Source of the DNA: Lingula anatina
Taxonomy: Eukaryota > Animalia > Brachiopoda
DNA: 64,000 nt
NCBI GenBank assembly: GCA_051362555.1
Contig: CM120647.1
Location: 1,984,001 to 2,048,000 of the forward strand
Direction of reading: 5' to 3'
Part shown: positions 12,500 through 25,274 of the stretch, in pieces
Numbering within the stretch: the stretch's first letter is position 1
Layout: each line of letters opens with the position of its first letter
Notes under the pieces: generated by a model
Database searches by the model: none
Told to the model about the DNA's origin: nothing
The model's input: the letters and a program-made list of their open reading frames with translations, nothing else
Translations under genes and position numbers: made by a program

Positions 12500-15400
12500 T
12501 TTGTCTAGCAATACTGTGCATCAAGCAGCAGTCGCTACAAAAAAAAAACAAATGTATATAGTATATACTAGGCCTTTGTGGTGGGCAATTCAAGCTAAGA
12601 TTGAACAACCGCACTAAATAATTAAGAGAAAAAATATGCAACAGAAACTGAGCTATCAAAATACGTTTTAATAACCACCGGGCAAGATGTCGAGATACAG
12701 CCACATGCACATTTCACTACCTGGCGGGGCTCCAGGCTAACTTTTCAACTGTGTGAATGGTGTATTTTTCCCCGAAGTTTGCTTTACACATGTACATGAA
12801 GTGATCAATACATTACTTCGACCAATACCACAATTGAATGAATATATAATCTTTATAACGACAGGGATCTATATCATAATTCCGTTGCTATGGTTACAAA
12901 GTACCGAGGTTATTTGAGGTCACTTGATGACTGCCGCAGATACCCACTCTATCAACAGCCTTATATCTCCACTAGAAGTGAACCTTAGATATTATAACTA
13001 CTACATGTAGTACAGTGTATTTACTGAAGATATGGACAAGAGGCCTACCATAAATTAAAGCACTGGCGTGGCCTTTTCCTTTCAACAGCGACGCATTATT
13101 CTTATATTTTCCGGCTACATAATCGTAAAACATCCTTGCTTCCCACAGTATCGATTTGTATTCAAGACTGATTACATTGATCTCAACATTGGTTAGGACT
13201 AGGAACTGAAATATTCTTCTGAGGATATATTTTATTTTATTTTAACCAAAACACCACAGGGGAGATTTGATGTCAATTGCGGTAGAGAAGAAAGCTTCGA
13301 AGCACAGTCAAGTACAGCAGCCGCATTGACTGTGATGGAGATCTCAACCATGCATTTCTAAAATGGATTAGATAAATGTTTTTAATTCCATCACGTTCAT
13401 CTTTGTAGTCGATCAACAGTACTAGAACGAATGAATTTTAAAAACTGAATCATTTATACACGTGCTAAACTTCAGACACCCAGCAGAAGAAGAATTAATT
13501 GAGTAACACGTACCTCAACGCCTTGTGCCGTCCAACAGTCATCCTATTAAATGTCCTTCTTTCATTTATATGTATTAATGAATTGTTGTGAGGAAAGTGG
13601 TATGTATAATTAGGAGTTCGGATGGCTTATTGATAAGTTTTCATTAATTTAACTGGAATAAAGAAACATATACGAAAACAAATCGAAAGCGCGGCAAACA
13701 TGTATCCGAGAGGATTTCGCAACAAAAACACGTTAATGATATATAAAATAAGGAGTCCTTTTTTTTTTGCTGCTTCAATACAATGCGGCGCATTGATATA
13801 TGTGAATAGCCTTACGCTCCATCGAATATAATAATAGAACGTACTGTTATACAAAGGGGATATAAACTTGACCTTTAGAATATGTTGACAGTTGATCAAT
13901 AGGAGCTTTAGGCCACCAGAATGTGCTTTAAGAATAAAAGAAAAACAGAAATTGTTTACTGACTTGACACCATGTTGAAACTACGTTTTTATTAATGATT
14001 GATATGTCTAGGCTCCGCCCTTTTTCTTGGAAGAAATACCAAAGATATTGTGCTGTGCGAGTATCAAAACAACTCAGTTGGATTGAATTGATTCTCAATA
14101 TATAGGTATTTACAATAAATGAGAACTATGAGTAACTTTGATATTGGAAGACCAACGATGCCGTCTCAAACTGAGACCTTCCATACAAATAGTTCTTATT
14201 AAATTCTACAAATAAATACTCAAACAATTCACTAGTAAACAATAAATATCTATTAATCTTTCATATACAAGGGGGATTTGCAAGATACTCACTTGCTGGT
14301 TAAAGAAAACAAAAAAATATTGTTTACTTATGTAAAATATTCCTGTTTGTAATACAATTATCAATCAACACAAAGTTTTCACACAACTTCGTCATTGACG
14401 CATTGAATCATCAGAAGAAACATGGTATTTTATGTAAATATACATATGCAAACGGTCCAATACAAAGTGATGGGCCAGTAAACGAACACAATTTGCCATC
14501 TTGAAAAAGTAGTGACAGTTTTCTCAACTGATTCCAGTCCGTTGAAGGCGCAATATAACAAAAAGAAAAATACCCCATAAATTCCCCATGTCAAAGTCTC
14601 AGTTTTGGCCAAAATCCAAAAGGGCCGCCATTTAATTGGGTGGATCACCGGAATACTCATATCTTGATAACAAAATGTCACAGAAACATATTTTAAATAT
14701 CAACTCCTACTAGGTGAGGTACCACCAACCATTTGCAACAACTTTTAGGTCACCAGTGCTCAAAGCCAAGGCATTTTCAAGCACAAAAACCTAATGTTTT
14801 TATTTTAGCTTCCCCATATTGAATTGAAATTATACAAAAGCAGAGATGGATCGAGTAATACTACATGGTTAGGTTAGCCTCTGATCCTAGCAGACCTGAT
14901 GAATAATTTCAGGAGTCAGATCGTGTCTATATACTGTTTCCTAGGTGAACACTGGACTACTTTTGATATGGTGAGCGTAGCACATTAGTCAGCAGCTTCC
15001 AGTCTTCTTGACCATATGACAGGCGTGTACTTTTGGTCAACAGGTGAACCCTGGCAAATGGCCAGATGCGTATTGAGGACCCAATGTGCGATATTCAGTA
15101 CACCAGATGAAGAAATGATATTCAAAGGTATTTATCCAGAAAGAAATGTCCTGATTTTCCATATGTCATCTAATAATTACTCATTAGAATCGACTTGTGA
15201 ACGCATGAACTTGGGAATGCATGAACTAGGTATTGAAACAACCAAGAATCAGATCATTGCTTTGTAATGGTTGATCAACTATCAAATACGGTTACTGATT
15301 GAATGGGCCAATCAATATGTTTTATGGAGCCACTTTACAATGCCACGCATATACTCTCAAGAAAATCAAAGTAGTAAATACATAAGACTGAGAGACTTTG

Positions 15401-16522
15401 GATTAATCATGATTTGAGGTGTGTCAGCTTGTAAATGTGATGCGTAAAATTTGTTTTTGTGACATCGGATAACCGAAAGAAAGACATTATGACTCCATTT
15501 TGCTTAAAAATGCCTTATAATTCAAATAAGGCCACGACCTTGACATATGGTGACCTTGACAATAGTTGCAAATGATTTGCAGTATCTCACACAGTAGCAG
15601 TTGGTACTTTAAGTATGTTTTTGGTCTATTGGGCTGCCAAAATATTGACATTAGGACTTTTTTTTTGAAAACTACATTGGACTTGTAATTAGGCTATGAC
15701 CTTGACCTCCTTTGACCTTGAACATAATTGCAAAAGATCGGCGGTGTCCAACATAGTAAGATTTGATATTCAATATCAGTAAAAATCCTGCACATTGTTG
15801 TCGATATCTTGTTTCTATAGAATGTTTTGTTGTTATAGAATGTTCACTTCCCTTTGAGTTGGTCGTTAATACAATGCCCTTTAGAAATGGGCAACATAAA
15901 AGAAAAAGAAAAACATACGACAAGCAGTAGACGGAACCTGTCTTCACTTTACAAACTGGAACGTGCAAGAATGCCCAGAGAAGCAAGTCTCCCTAACCCT
16001 TGCCAAAGATATCGCGCTCTATATGAACATCAAAACAACACAGTAGAATTGAATTACTTCATTTTAATAGGTTAATTAAGTTTCATTATATATGTATTTA
16101 CAATACAAAAGAACTATGTGTAACTCATATATAGGGACTGAGACACACATGTACATGTTTTCATTCTAATTCTAGTGTATGACTCAAAACATTCACTCAG
16201 TTACAACAAATGTGCATAAAGGGTAAACAATCCTAAATTTCCAACGAAGATGGTGCAATGCGTTTCTTAGCTAGTCACAAAAACATACTTTATGTCAAAT
16301 ATTCCTGTTATAATACAATTTTAATCAATAAACATATATTTCACGTAGCAATTTACAGAAATCATCAGAAGAAAATTGCAATCTTAATATGAATTTATGG
16401 TATATATACAAACGGTCCTATATATACTATAACTAATAACAAGCACACAGTGACACTATGGGTAATACACACCAGCATATTCTATAAATCTGCTCTTACA
16501 TATGTTCAATGTAACCAACCAA

Positions 16523-16622
<100 letters not shown>

Positions 16623-16639
16623 GCTATAATATTTATTTT

Positions 16640-16945
16640 CGTATAAAGGCAAGATTATGTTGGTATTAGATCAGGCTGGTCGCATTACATGGGCGACAAA
16701 AATTAAAGAAATACTTTTTAGATATGGTTTTGGGTTTGTATGGTACAATCAGGGTGTTGAGAATGAGATATATTTTTTAGAAATTTTTAAGACAAGAATG
16801 AAAGATTGCTACATTCAAGAATGGAACGGCCAGTTACAGAACTCGTCTAAATTAAATTTGTATTGTACATTTAAATCTGTATTTCAAAAAGAAAATTATT
16901 TATTGTTGAATCTCACGAAAGCGCACTTAGCTACATTTGTAATCT
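16640..16945 (+). mobile_element. non-LTR retrotransposon (LINE) ORF2 C-terminal fragment, possibly RTE-X-like
   Basis: ORF ITWATKIKEILFRYGFGFVWYNQG...FKTRMKDCYIQEW...SSKLNLYCTFKSVFQKENYL resembles the post-RT region of invertebrate LINEs. The clade is recalled from memory, not verified. Confidence 0.6.
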
Positions 16946-17504
16946 GGGCAAATGCCTTTATACGAAAATAAATATTATAGCAAAGTATATTTATTTATGT
17001 CTAATATATGCAACCTCCTGGCCAAAGCCAAGTCACTCACATTATGGCCTAACTACTAATATTACAATTTTCCTTGACATCTTGATATTGGAAGAGAAAA
17101 GTAATGAGGGGAAAAGAAAGGAGAAAATAAGACCTTTTAATAGCATCAACATGGGAGAATGCCAATCTGGTTAAGGGCCTTGCTATGCAGCTGCTGCTAC
17201 TGCCATTCTGCCAAAAATGAAGGATGGATAATAATAATGATGAATATATTTGCACTACGTGCAAAGGAAACAGATACGTACAAGTGAAGAAGGGAAGTAA
17301 AGGAGGAGATGGCAAGCCTGTTCCTGCCTTATCCATACCTCAGATTCTAGGCAGAGGGCCATTTATTTATTATACGGAATATTTTTAATTCACTTGCAAA
17401 CAATATCATACCAATTGCAAGAAGTATGTGTACATCTTTCAGCACAAACGATGATGGCATTTACTTTTATTAACCATCAGTACGCTAACTGGGATTTTCG
17501 TGCC

Positions 17505-17505
17505 A

Positions 17506-17536
<31 letters not shown>

Positions 17537-17877
17537 TATTTATTTTAAGTCTAAACTCCATATGAATATGTTCGTTAGACTTTACAAATATGTACATACA
17601 TATAACAAGTATACAACTGGTCAAAACACGCTGTGTACAATCTCGCCTCCCTGGGGAGGATACAGCCCCGCTGCCGTATGAGGCGCTGAGTGCTATCAAT
17701 CTTACAATATCGTTCTCTGCCTGACCAGGACCCTGCTTCAACCCCAAAGTGCTGAGTGCCAAGCGGGGAGACAGCAGGTACCGTTTATAAAGGACTGGTA
17801 TGTCCCCGGACGGGTTTTGAACCCACGTCCTCCCGCTCCGGAGGCGGACACTCTAACCACAAGGCCATCCGGTCGGT
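17505..17877 (-). mobile_element. tRNA-derived SINE (Meta-SINE-like core) with (TTA)n tail
   Basis: Minus strand reads a tRNA-like head with A box (tggccttgtggttag) and B box (gggttcaaaaccc), a central ggtacctgctgtctccccgcttggcactcagca, and a 3' tail of TTA repeats. Confidence 0.75.
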
Positions 17878-17879
17878 TA

Positions 17880-18111
17880 AGCGATAAAGCACCTCACTTT
17901 AAAGTTCCTGATGTAGACATCTTTTATCTTGGAGAAAGAAAGACACATTTAACACTTTTTCCACTTGAGTACGGTGTTTTCTTAGCACTTTTGATTTAAA
18001 AATATGGTTTTAAATGTTTCCTTTACAATTAAGTCAGACATTTTCTTTTTTCTGTACAATTCAGAAATAGATGTCGACATCAGGAACTTTAAAGTGAGGT
18101 GCTTTATCGCT
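17880..18111. mobile_element. MITE with ~43-bp terminal inverted repeats
   Basis: agcgataaagcacctcactttaaagttcctgatgtagacatct ... agatgtcgacatcaggaactttaaagtgaggtgctttatcgct, with TTAA close to both ends. Confidence 0.75.
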
Positions 18112-18268
18112 ATTAAGGTCTGAATCGGGTAAGACGGGCAAGATGTGAAACATATTGACATAAATATTACGATGACTTCAGGGCATTATCTACTGTGTAT
18201 ATATGTACTACATTTAAGAATAGGGACGCATTTCGTTTGTACTGTAACAGACAAAAAAGCATATTACA

Positions 18269-20548
18269 TTAATCGATACTACTTGGTTCGGGAATCTCAT
18301 TATCTTTAATATATTCCTTAACTGTTTCTCGGACGGCAACCTCCCAACTACGCTTTAGAACATCTTTACTAGCCTCCGTGTTAATAAAAACCAACACAAG
18401 TCTAGGAATGGACACAGTTATGAGTGACGCTACCCCCTGACCGATAAATTGTAACTCCCAATTCATATCGAAATCCATCAGCGTGAACATGAAAAAGACG
18501 GCCATGGCAACTGCGGCTAAAGAGGTGACGAATGCCTTCGCAATTCCTGCATCGAGAGGAAGTAACTGTTCATAAATTAATTTCCAAAGGTCTTTAGGGA
18601 TGATCTCCATGCCCCTTTTATCTGATTTGTACAAAAGAACATATTCTTTATTGTCTTGTCCTGAATAAGTTGACTGTTCGCTGTTTGCAGCTTGTGCATT
18701 TCCACAGCAAGCTATTACCTTTCTACATTTACACCTACATGTATGTAGACATAGTGTACAACATAGTAGGGGTTTTGAATTATCAATGAACTCAGAGTCA
18801 GTGTTTTCCTCTTCACCGTCACGAGTCTCCTCATTATTTGCTGTGGCCTGCGGGTCGGAACCGTCTGAACTCTGAGAGTTAACTTGAACAAGTTTTATGT
18901 ACCTCATACCATGTGAAGAGCATTCTTGAAATACAATCACTTTCAATACACGATACTTTTCTTGTAAATCATGGAACGGCTGCCAGAAGTAGTAAAGCAC
19001 GGATAAATATAATATAATGTAGTTCAATACAATAGCGTAATTTAAAAGAGCCCCAGCTAAAGTTAGTATAATCAATGATATCAAGTCATATAAAAAAAAT
19101 ATAAAAACAAATAAGAAATAGATATTAAACCCCAAAAATTCTATAAACATACAGACCAATTGTATGTTAAAAATGTGAGACTTTCGCGAAAATCCAACCA
19201 CCGTTACCATCAGGTCAATATAAAATAAAACCACACATATTGGCAAACCGACTAAAATACCTAGAAACACTTTCAGTAAAGATTTACAGGTGGATTTGTG
19301 GCGTTTTAAACGCAGATGGAATCTTATAAATTTTACGAAGTCGGCTGCACTAAGTAAATACTTTGTTATAACATTCTGAAGTGAAATGTATTCACCAAAA
19401 AAGCTTTTATTGACATAGTCAAATTCAGGAGTTTCCCATTCGCAGGCACATATCCTGTGAAGACGAGAAAAAACTACATTAAACCCCGGGTTTTTTATTG
19501 ATGTTTTCAAGTCTTCAAATTCATCTGTCGATTTGCAAATCCGATATAGCGTTAGTATGTAGGCAACTACAAAACTTATCCAGAAGAATGGCGACACACT
19601 TAATGCGCAATCAGCGTAGTATTTGTTGTTTATATATTCCCCAAAAAAGATATGTACATGTGCAATAGGGAATATAATAAACACCACTATAAAGGAGGAC
19701 ACTCGGTTTTCTGGGGCTAAGGAAAACAATTCATCAAGGGGTGTGCTTGTTTCCGGACCACTGATTTCATAGTTTGTCATGTTCTCAAGCCATTTTGGTG
19801 AATATCGAACTGTAAATCGCTTTGGAAGGAGCATGACAAATATTACTGGTGAGAAGTATAAAGCGGTAGATATCAATATTATTTCATAGGAGTAAAACTT
19901 GGATAGCCTTCTTTCTTCCGAAGAAAAATGCATTTTTGAGACATTAGAAACATTTGAACATTTGTATTCACTAAACGTAAATTGCGAAAGGAATCTGCTA
20001 TTGCTGTAATTTCTGGGACCAAATACAGTATTATAACAGATCACACTGTCCTGCGGGTGATATTGTTTAGCTGTGTTTAGAAACAGTGATGCTAAGATGC
20101 AGAGTTGCTCTGTCACGTTCAAGGTAACCCAACATCCTTTTTGAACTTCTTGCAAGTCAATGTTAATTTTCTCTACCCCTGTTGAAAGAGTCCACAAAGA
20201 CATCTCCACGAAATTGTGTGGTAATGACAGGTATCGTCGCCCAATGTCTCCATCAGCCCAAACCCAGAAATATTTTACAATTTCGTCGCTTTCGTTTTTA
20301 GTACGCCAGAACTCATCACTGTAATATGGATGAACTATGGGATTCAAGCGAACAAGCCGGGTCTTGGGATTAGAAAGGGCGCTGTTTATTTGTTGTGTAC
20401 TCTCCGCCGTTATTTCCAGTTGACAGTTAGAAGAGATCGAAATGTTCACGTCTGGGGTAAAGTCCAAGGGTTGCGTTTTGAAAATGTTTTGGTATTGGAA
20501 TGACATGTTAAGATAAATCGGCAACATGATGCAAATTACACCCATCAT
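18269..20548 (-). CDS. uncharacterised multi-pass membrane protein (~759 aa from the MMGV start; ORF open to 20683), single large coding exon
   Basis: Stop-free frame of >2.3 kb in AT-rich DNA. Hydrophobic N-terminus, a Cys- and N-glycosylation-site-rich ectodomain, ~8-9 hydrophobic segments, and an acidic plus Cys-rich loop. Strong acceptor (tttttacag) at 20605 upstream of the ATG. Confidence 0.85.
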   Translation of the reverse strand: MMGVICIMLPIYLNMSFQYQNIFKTQPLDFTPDVNISISSNCQLEITAESTQQINSALSNPKTRLVRLNPIVHPYYSDEFWRTKNESDEIVKYFWVWADGDIGRRYLSLPHNFVEMSLWTLSTGVEKINIDLQEVQKGCWVTLNVTEQLCILASLFLNTAKQYHPQDSVICYNTVFGPRNYSNSRFLSQFTFSEYKCSNVSNVSKMHFSSEERRLSKFYSYEIILISTALYFSPVIFVMLLPKRFTVRYSPKWLENMTNYEISGPETSTPLDELFSLAPENRVSSFIVVFIIFPIAHVHIFFGEYINNKYYADCALSVSPFFWISFVVAYILTLYRICKSTDEFEDLKTSIKNPGFNVVFSRLHRICACEWETPEFDYVNKSFFGEYISLQNVITKYLLSAADFVKFIRFHLRLKRHKSTCKSLLKVFLGILVGLPICVVLFYIDLMVTVVGFSRKSHIFNIQLVCMFIEFLGFNIYFLFVFIFFLYDLISLIILTLAGALLNYAIVLNYIILYLSVLYYFWQPFHDLQEKYRVLKVIVFQECSSHGMRYIKLVQVNSQSSDGSDPQATANNEETRDGEEENTDSEFIDNSKPLLCCTLCLHTCRCKCRKVIACCGNAQAANSEQSTYSGQDNKEYVLLYKSDKRGMEIIPKDLWKLIYEQLLPLDAGIAKAFVTSLAAVAMAVFFMFTLMDFDMNWELQFIGQGVASLITVSIPRLVLVFINTEASKDVLKRSWEVAVRETVKEYIKDNEIPEPSSID

Positions 20549-21278
20549 TTGTATTCTATCAATGTTTCTCTTCAAACTGGTATTTATTCTCCAGATGGCA
20601 GGATCTGTAAAAAGATTTAAGGACTTATTTCTATTGAAAAATGACACCAAATGAGATGTATCGTGAACTGCAATATGCATCAAAACCCTGGACTATAGGT
20701 CACTATAGATTTATAATTAAGTGCCACTTCACGACAAAATTAACCAAATCAGCCAAAATGTTGCAAGGTGGGGTCGGCAGATTAAACCAATATTTTCTGT
20801 GTTTTATAAATGTTACAAACAATGTTGGAAGCACACTTTTAAAAAATTCTGAACATTTTTGAAAAAATAGATATTGCCATCTGAAATTTGGGGGTCCTAA
20901 CTACACAAAATATCGAAACGAAAGTACTGGAAGTTCGTATGTAAATTCCATGAACAATTTTACGTTTCAGCTTTACAGCCATTCCACGAAAAAGGGTACA
21001 ATTCCAAAACGAGAAATGCAGAAAAGTATTCAAACTGGCATTCATGAATAAAACTTGGTTAATTTTTTTTACAAGGGCTTTTGGCAAAAAGATGAAGGGC
21101 ATGCCAAACCGTTGGCAATCTGCCCTAGCAAAATCCAATGTGGCACATTGCTAAGGCCAATTAGTAATCTTCTTAAATTTTCATCTCAACTATGATATAT
21201 ACATGCCATGCAAGTGCCCAAAATTTATGAAACAACAAAAGAAAATCACACACTGGAAGCAAACTAAAGAGGAGATAC

Positions 21279-21467
21279 TATGGATCCTGCGTGTACGTGT
21301 AACTTCTCGAGGTTCCCTACCTTCCCGGTAATGACGGTCCATAGAAGACTCCCGTCGGTCCCGCGAGTGGGAACTGTACCCTGCCTCACTATCTGACATC
21401 CCGCCGCTTCCTGGCACCTTCTTCCTCATCTCCATCTGTCTGTCACGCTCTTCTAGATCTTGAGTTA
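21279..21467 (-). CDS. isolated 189-bp candidate coding exon (charged, Ser/Arg-rich)
   Basis: Acceptor ttttacttcaacccag and donor gtatct, phase 1-1, open frame VTQDLEERDRQMEMRKKVPGSGGMSDSEAGYSSHSRDRRESSMDRHYREGREPREVTRTRRIH; GC-rich island in AT-rich DNA. Confidence 0.55.
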
Positions 21468-22224
21468 CTGGGTTGAAGTAAAAGATGAAAGACAATTATA
21501 CTGATGTTTTTTCTGCAAGAAGTAAGGGTTTTTTTTTTTTTTTTTTTTTTTGTTGGTTTTTTTTTTTTTTTTTTTTTTTGGGGGGGGGGGGGGGGATTGA
21601 ACAATCAATACTTTTGGCCAGGAAAAGCTCTTCTTTGAATTAAAAACTTTGTATATTGAGTTTGATTTCAAAGTAAAAAGTTCCACTTTAAAAAAAAAAA
21701 AAAAACCTCCCCCTTTTGAAAATGCTGTTGACCAACCTGACTTTAAATTTTTTATGGTGATCATATATAACTTGAATTTTGCACTATGAAAAATTGATCT
21801 AAGACAATAACACCAAACCCTTACTCTTTCCCCCACAGACAATAAGTCAGTTTAACATTACAAAGAGATAAGGATGATTTACCCTTAAATATACATTTCT
21901 GCCAGTCAGTGATCAAACATATTTGAAGCCATCTTGTGCTATTGTTCAGATTTTTACCCAGCTATTACAAATATTTATTTCAATGTGAGTAAATAGTTTA
22001 GTATATTCAGTTTATTCAAGCCACTGTAATGCAAATACTCTGAATGAGGATGATCAAAGTTTAACTCGTTACTTGGGGTGTCACTATTTAATTTACCATA
22101 AGGCACCTAAGTTCTGTGTGTTAAGTCAAATGCAACCTGGGTATTTGCAAAGTGACAAAACCATAATACAAAATAAAATGTGCTGCTTGTTTACTATTTT
22201 TTATTGAACAGATCTGAAAATCAC

Positions 22225-22530
22225 CAGCTTTAAGTGTGACCGTGTTGTTCAAAGTACTTAATCCACAAACACTTTTAAGTGAGAAAACATTCTTTAAAAT
22301 GAGGCCAGTCCAACATTTAAGCCAGCAGACTACAATATTTAAGGTGAAGCAACTCCAGCTGCAGAGTGAGATTATAATATTCAAAGTGAGTTCACTTAAG
22401 GTTCTGAGGCTACAGTGTTTAAAATGTGGCCCTCTCCAGCTTCAGAGTGAGACTGCAATATCCAAAGTGAGGTCACTCCAATTTCAAACTGAGACTACAT
22501 CATTCAAAGTGAGACCAATTTAGCTTAAAT
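22225..22530. repeat. degenerate ~39-bp minisatellite
   Basis: Recurring agtgagactacaatattcaaagtgagg-like units. Confidence 0.55.
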
Positions 22531-23820
22531 GTGACACACATGGTGTGATCTGTTCAATGGCACTGAAAAAAACTTTCTATATTCAAAAACATAAATGCAC
22601 ACTTGTAAAATAAAGAGGTAAACCTGTAGACAGACTGGAAAGGTAACTGGACCCTAGCATTGGTACACTGAATGCTTTCAAATGAGAAAAGAAGTTAATG
22701 TATTTTGTGTTTCTGTAAGACCTGACAAGATATTTACTCCAGTGCAAATTGTTTTCCTCGTAATATTTATGCAACCAAAGATATTTGCATTCCTTTGTCT
22801 TCATTCGTGGTATCTTTTTTTCTATAACCTGTACCATCTGTACTCATAAAATGTATTAAATTAATTATTTTCACAATTGCTAGTTACTTGCCTTAAAAGT
22901 CTAAATGTTGTAGAAAAACAAACAAAAATCAAATCAGTCAAGCAAAACTGGGAAACTTTTTTATATTATTTTAATGAAGAGGTATTCAGAGAGTGGTAGA
23001 AGAATTTTAACCCACACCATTACTGTATTTAAAGAAATATGCACATGTAAACATGGTACAATATTTTTTTGTTTTGGTAAATTAGGTTATATTTCAATCA
23101 TGCCAAAGGTCACTGGTTCCATTTTGATTTAATTATTAAGATTTTGCATGTATTCAAAATATTACTATCAATCTAAGATTTCTCTTCAATTATAGAAAAA
23201 GCGGTGCAAACACATTGGTAATCAGTCACACGTTTTCTATAAATACAAAGCCTGAGATATTCAAATTAAAAAATTAGAAATCATTGGGGGCAGACTTGTT
23301 TTTATATCATACTATTTGTTTATTAACAAATTGCTCTCATAGATCAATCAGCACACACATACCCAATGTTCAAATGAAAAATGTGTAATTTCGTAACGGA
23401 GATTAGGTCAATAATTACTTGATAACATACCTGTAGAAAAATTAATAAAACATGTTTATTTAAATCAACAAATAGCAAATGGTTACAACGGGTTGTTTTG
23501 CTTACTTTCAAGGACTATGTAAATACATTTACCAATAATTGATACATTTCACCGCTGATGTGTTGATTGATGTATTTGGTGGTGTTGCTTCAATGCTTAC
23601 TATATCTCGTCATATGTGTCCCGCGCAAAAAATACGTCTGCTACATGCACGCTAGTACTGATGTCAGCTAGTACCATTTTTCTTCCCAAGACAGTCCTGA
23701 AAACTCCTCATTTCGGTTAACATCAGAATTAAACGCTCAAAAGGGCATCTTCAAATGACAAATTGAAATCAATTTGATAAAACATCCTCGATTTTATAGA
23801 AAACTCGAGTAAAAACTTAA

Positions 23821-25274
23821 GGGATCAAGGATATTAAAAATACGTCTTAAACTCGATTTTTAGTTTTTTATACGTTAGAAATAATCAATATTGTATCTAA
23901 TACTCAATTAAGTTATATTTTTGCAACACGGACTAAAAATATACATTTGGACGAGTTTTCCTACCTGTCCTGACTGGTACGTGTGGCAGGCTTTGGGCTC
24001 CGCCTCCATTGTCAAGCACCGTTACTATGGGGGGCGGGGCAAGAATGGTTGTCTAACTTGTCTTAAGCTGTTACGCGTGCACTGGCAGCTCATAAGTCTT
24101 ACGTCAGCTAAACTGAGATTATATTGTTTCCATTTTTTTACATTGTTAACAATATATTAAATTTTCTCCCTTAGCATCTCAATCACGTCACGTCAAGATC
24201 ACACTTGAGCTGCTGAGAATTCGTACAACGTCTGGGGTTGTCAGAAAAAAAATCGTTAGGCAATCATTTTATTCACAATAAAGATCGTAACAGCAAGCAA
24301 GTTTATAAATAATATTGCCACCCAAAACATTTTCAAACTCGCATATTAAGGTCTTGGCACTCTGTGGCATCGTGGCTGATACGTACCCACATTCGGCCAT
24401 TTCTCGGAGTAATTCTTTCTTTGCTTTCTCCATTTTCGTGTCTTGGTGTGTAGAGCAGCGTCCACGCACGACGGTGGCATTGTCCTCTGCTTGCACCTCA
24501 AGTATTTTTCTTTTTGTTTGTTAGCGCTTCCTTAGACACTTCCTAGACAGTGCACAGACTCCTACTGTGTCAGGCACAATTATGATTAATTACGTCAGTG
24601 AAACGAGAGTAGGTAGGCCTACTCAGCTGTGAATCATTTCTCAAGGAAGAGCGGCTTTCGTGGTGCGAATAAGTTTGCGTACAAAAGTAAGATTTTCTGA
24701 CATCTAGATAGAAACAAACAACCCAATTTTAACACGTAATGGTGTATAGACCTTCCCGATCAATAAGATGATAACAGGAAAGGTGGAGGTGCAATTAATT
24801 TGCTAAATTAGCCCAATTACCTGAGCCAAATGGTTTATGAGCGATATCTCAGCTTTGAAGATTGATAACATAGTCTAAACTTCAATCCCCATATCTCATT
24901 CTTTAACTGTCAGATTGACATGAAATTTGATGTGTCTGTGTTTCAGTATAATATCTAGTCGACTGCTTCTTGGATTTTTGATTGACCTTTTATTTTTGAA
25001 GTTATTAATACTGAAAGTGGAAGGTCCATATATATTTCGTAAAATTCACGCTTTATCAAAATAAAATCAAAAGTAAAAATAATAAGAGAAAATCCTGACA
25101 GAGTTTACTGGTTTTTGTGCTAACCTTTAGATAGCTATTTCAATCGTATTTATGGGGCTTTTTGCTTAAGAGAAAATCTTGATTAAAAAAATGACAACTT
25201 TAGCCCCAAAACGCTGATATAACGTCACTCGTATTACACTGTGACTACAAACTTTGGAAAATTGTTTTGCTTGC
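23821..25274 (-). mobile_element. Kolobok-like element, longer copy (one end truncated)
   Basis: ttaa|gggatcaaggatatta end. Inverted homologue of 6783-7923 with ~400 bp of extra internal sequence (~24040-24440). Confidence 0.75.

Noticed and set aside
17800-17877. Additional tRNA gene
   Set aside because: tRNA-like head without a proper cloverleaf that continues into a SINE body and (TTA)n tail.
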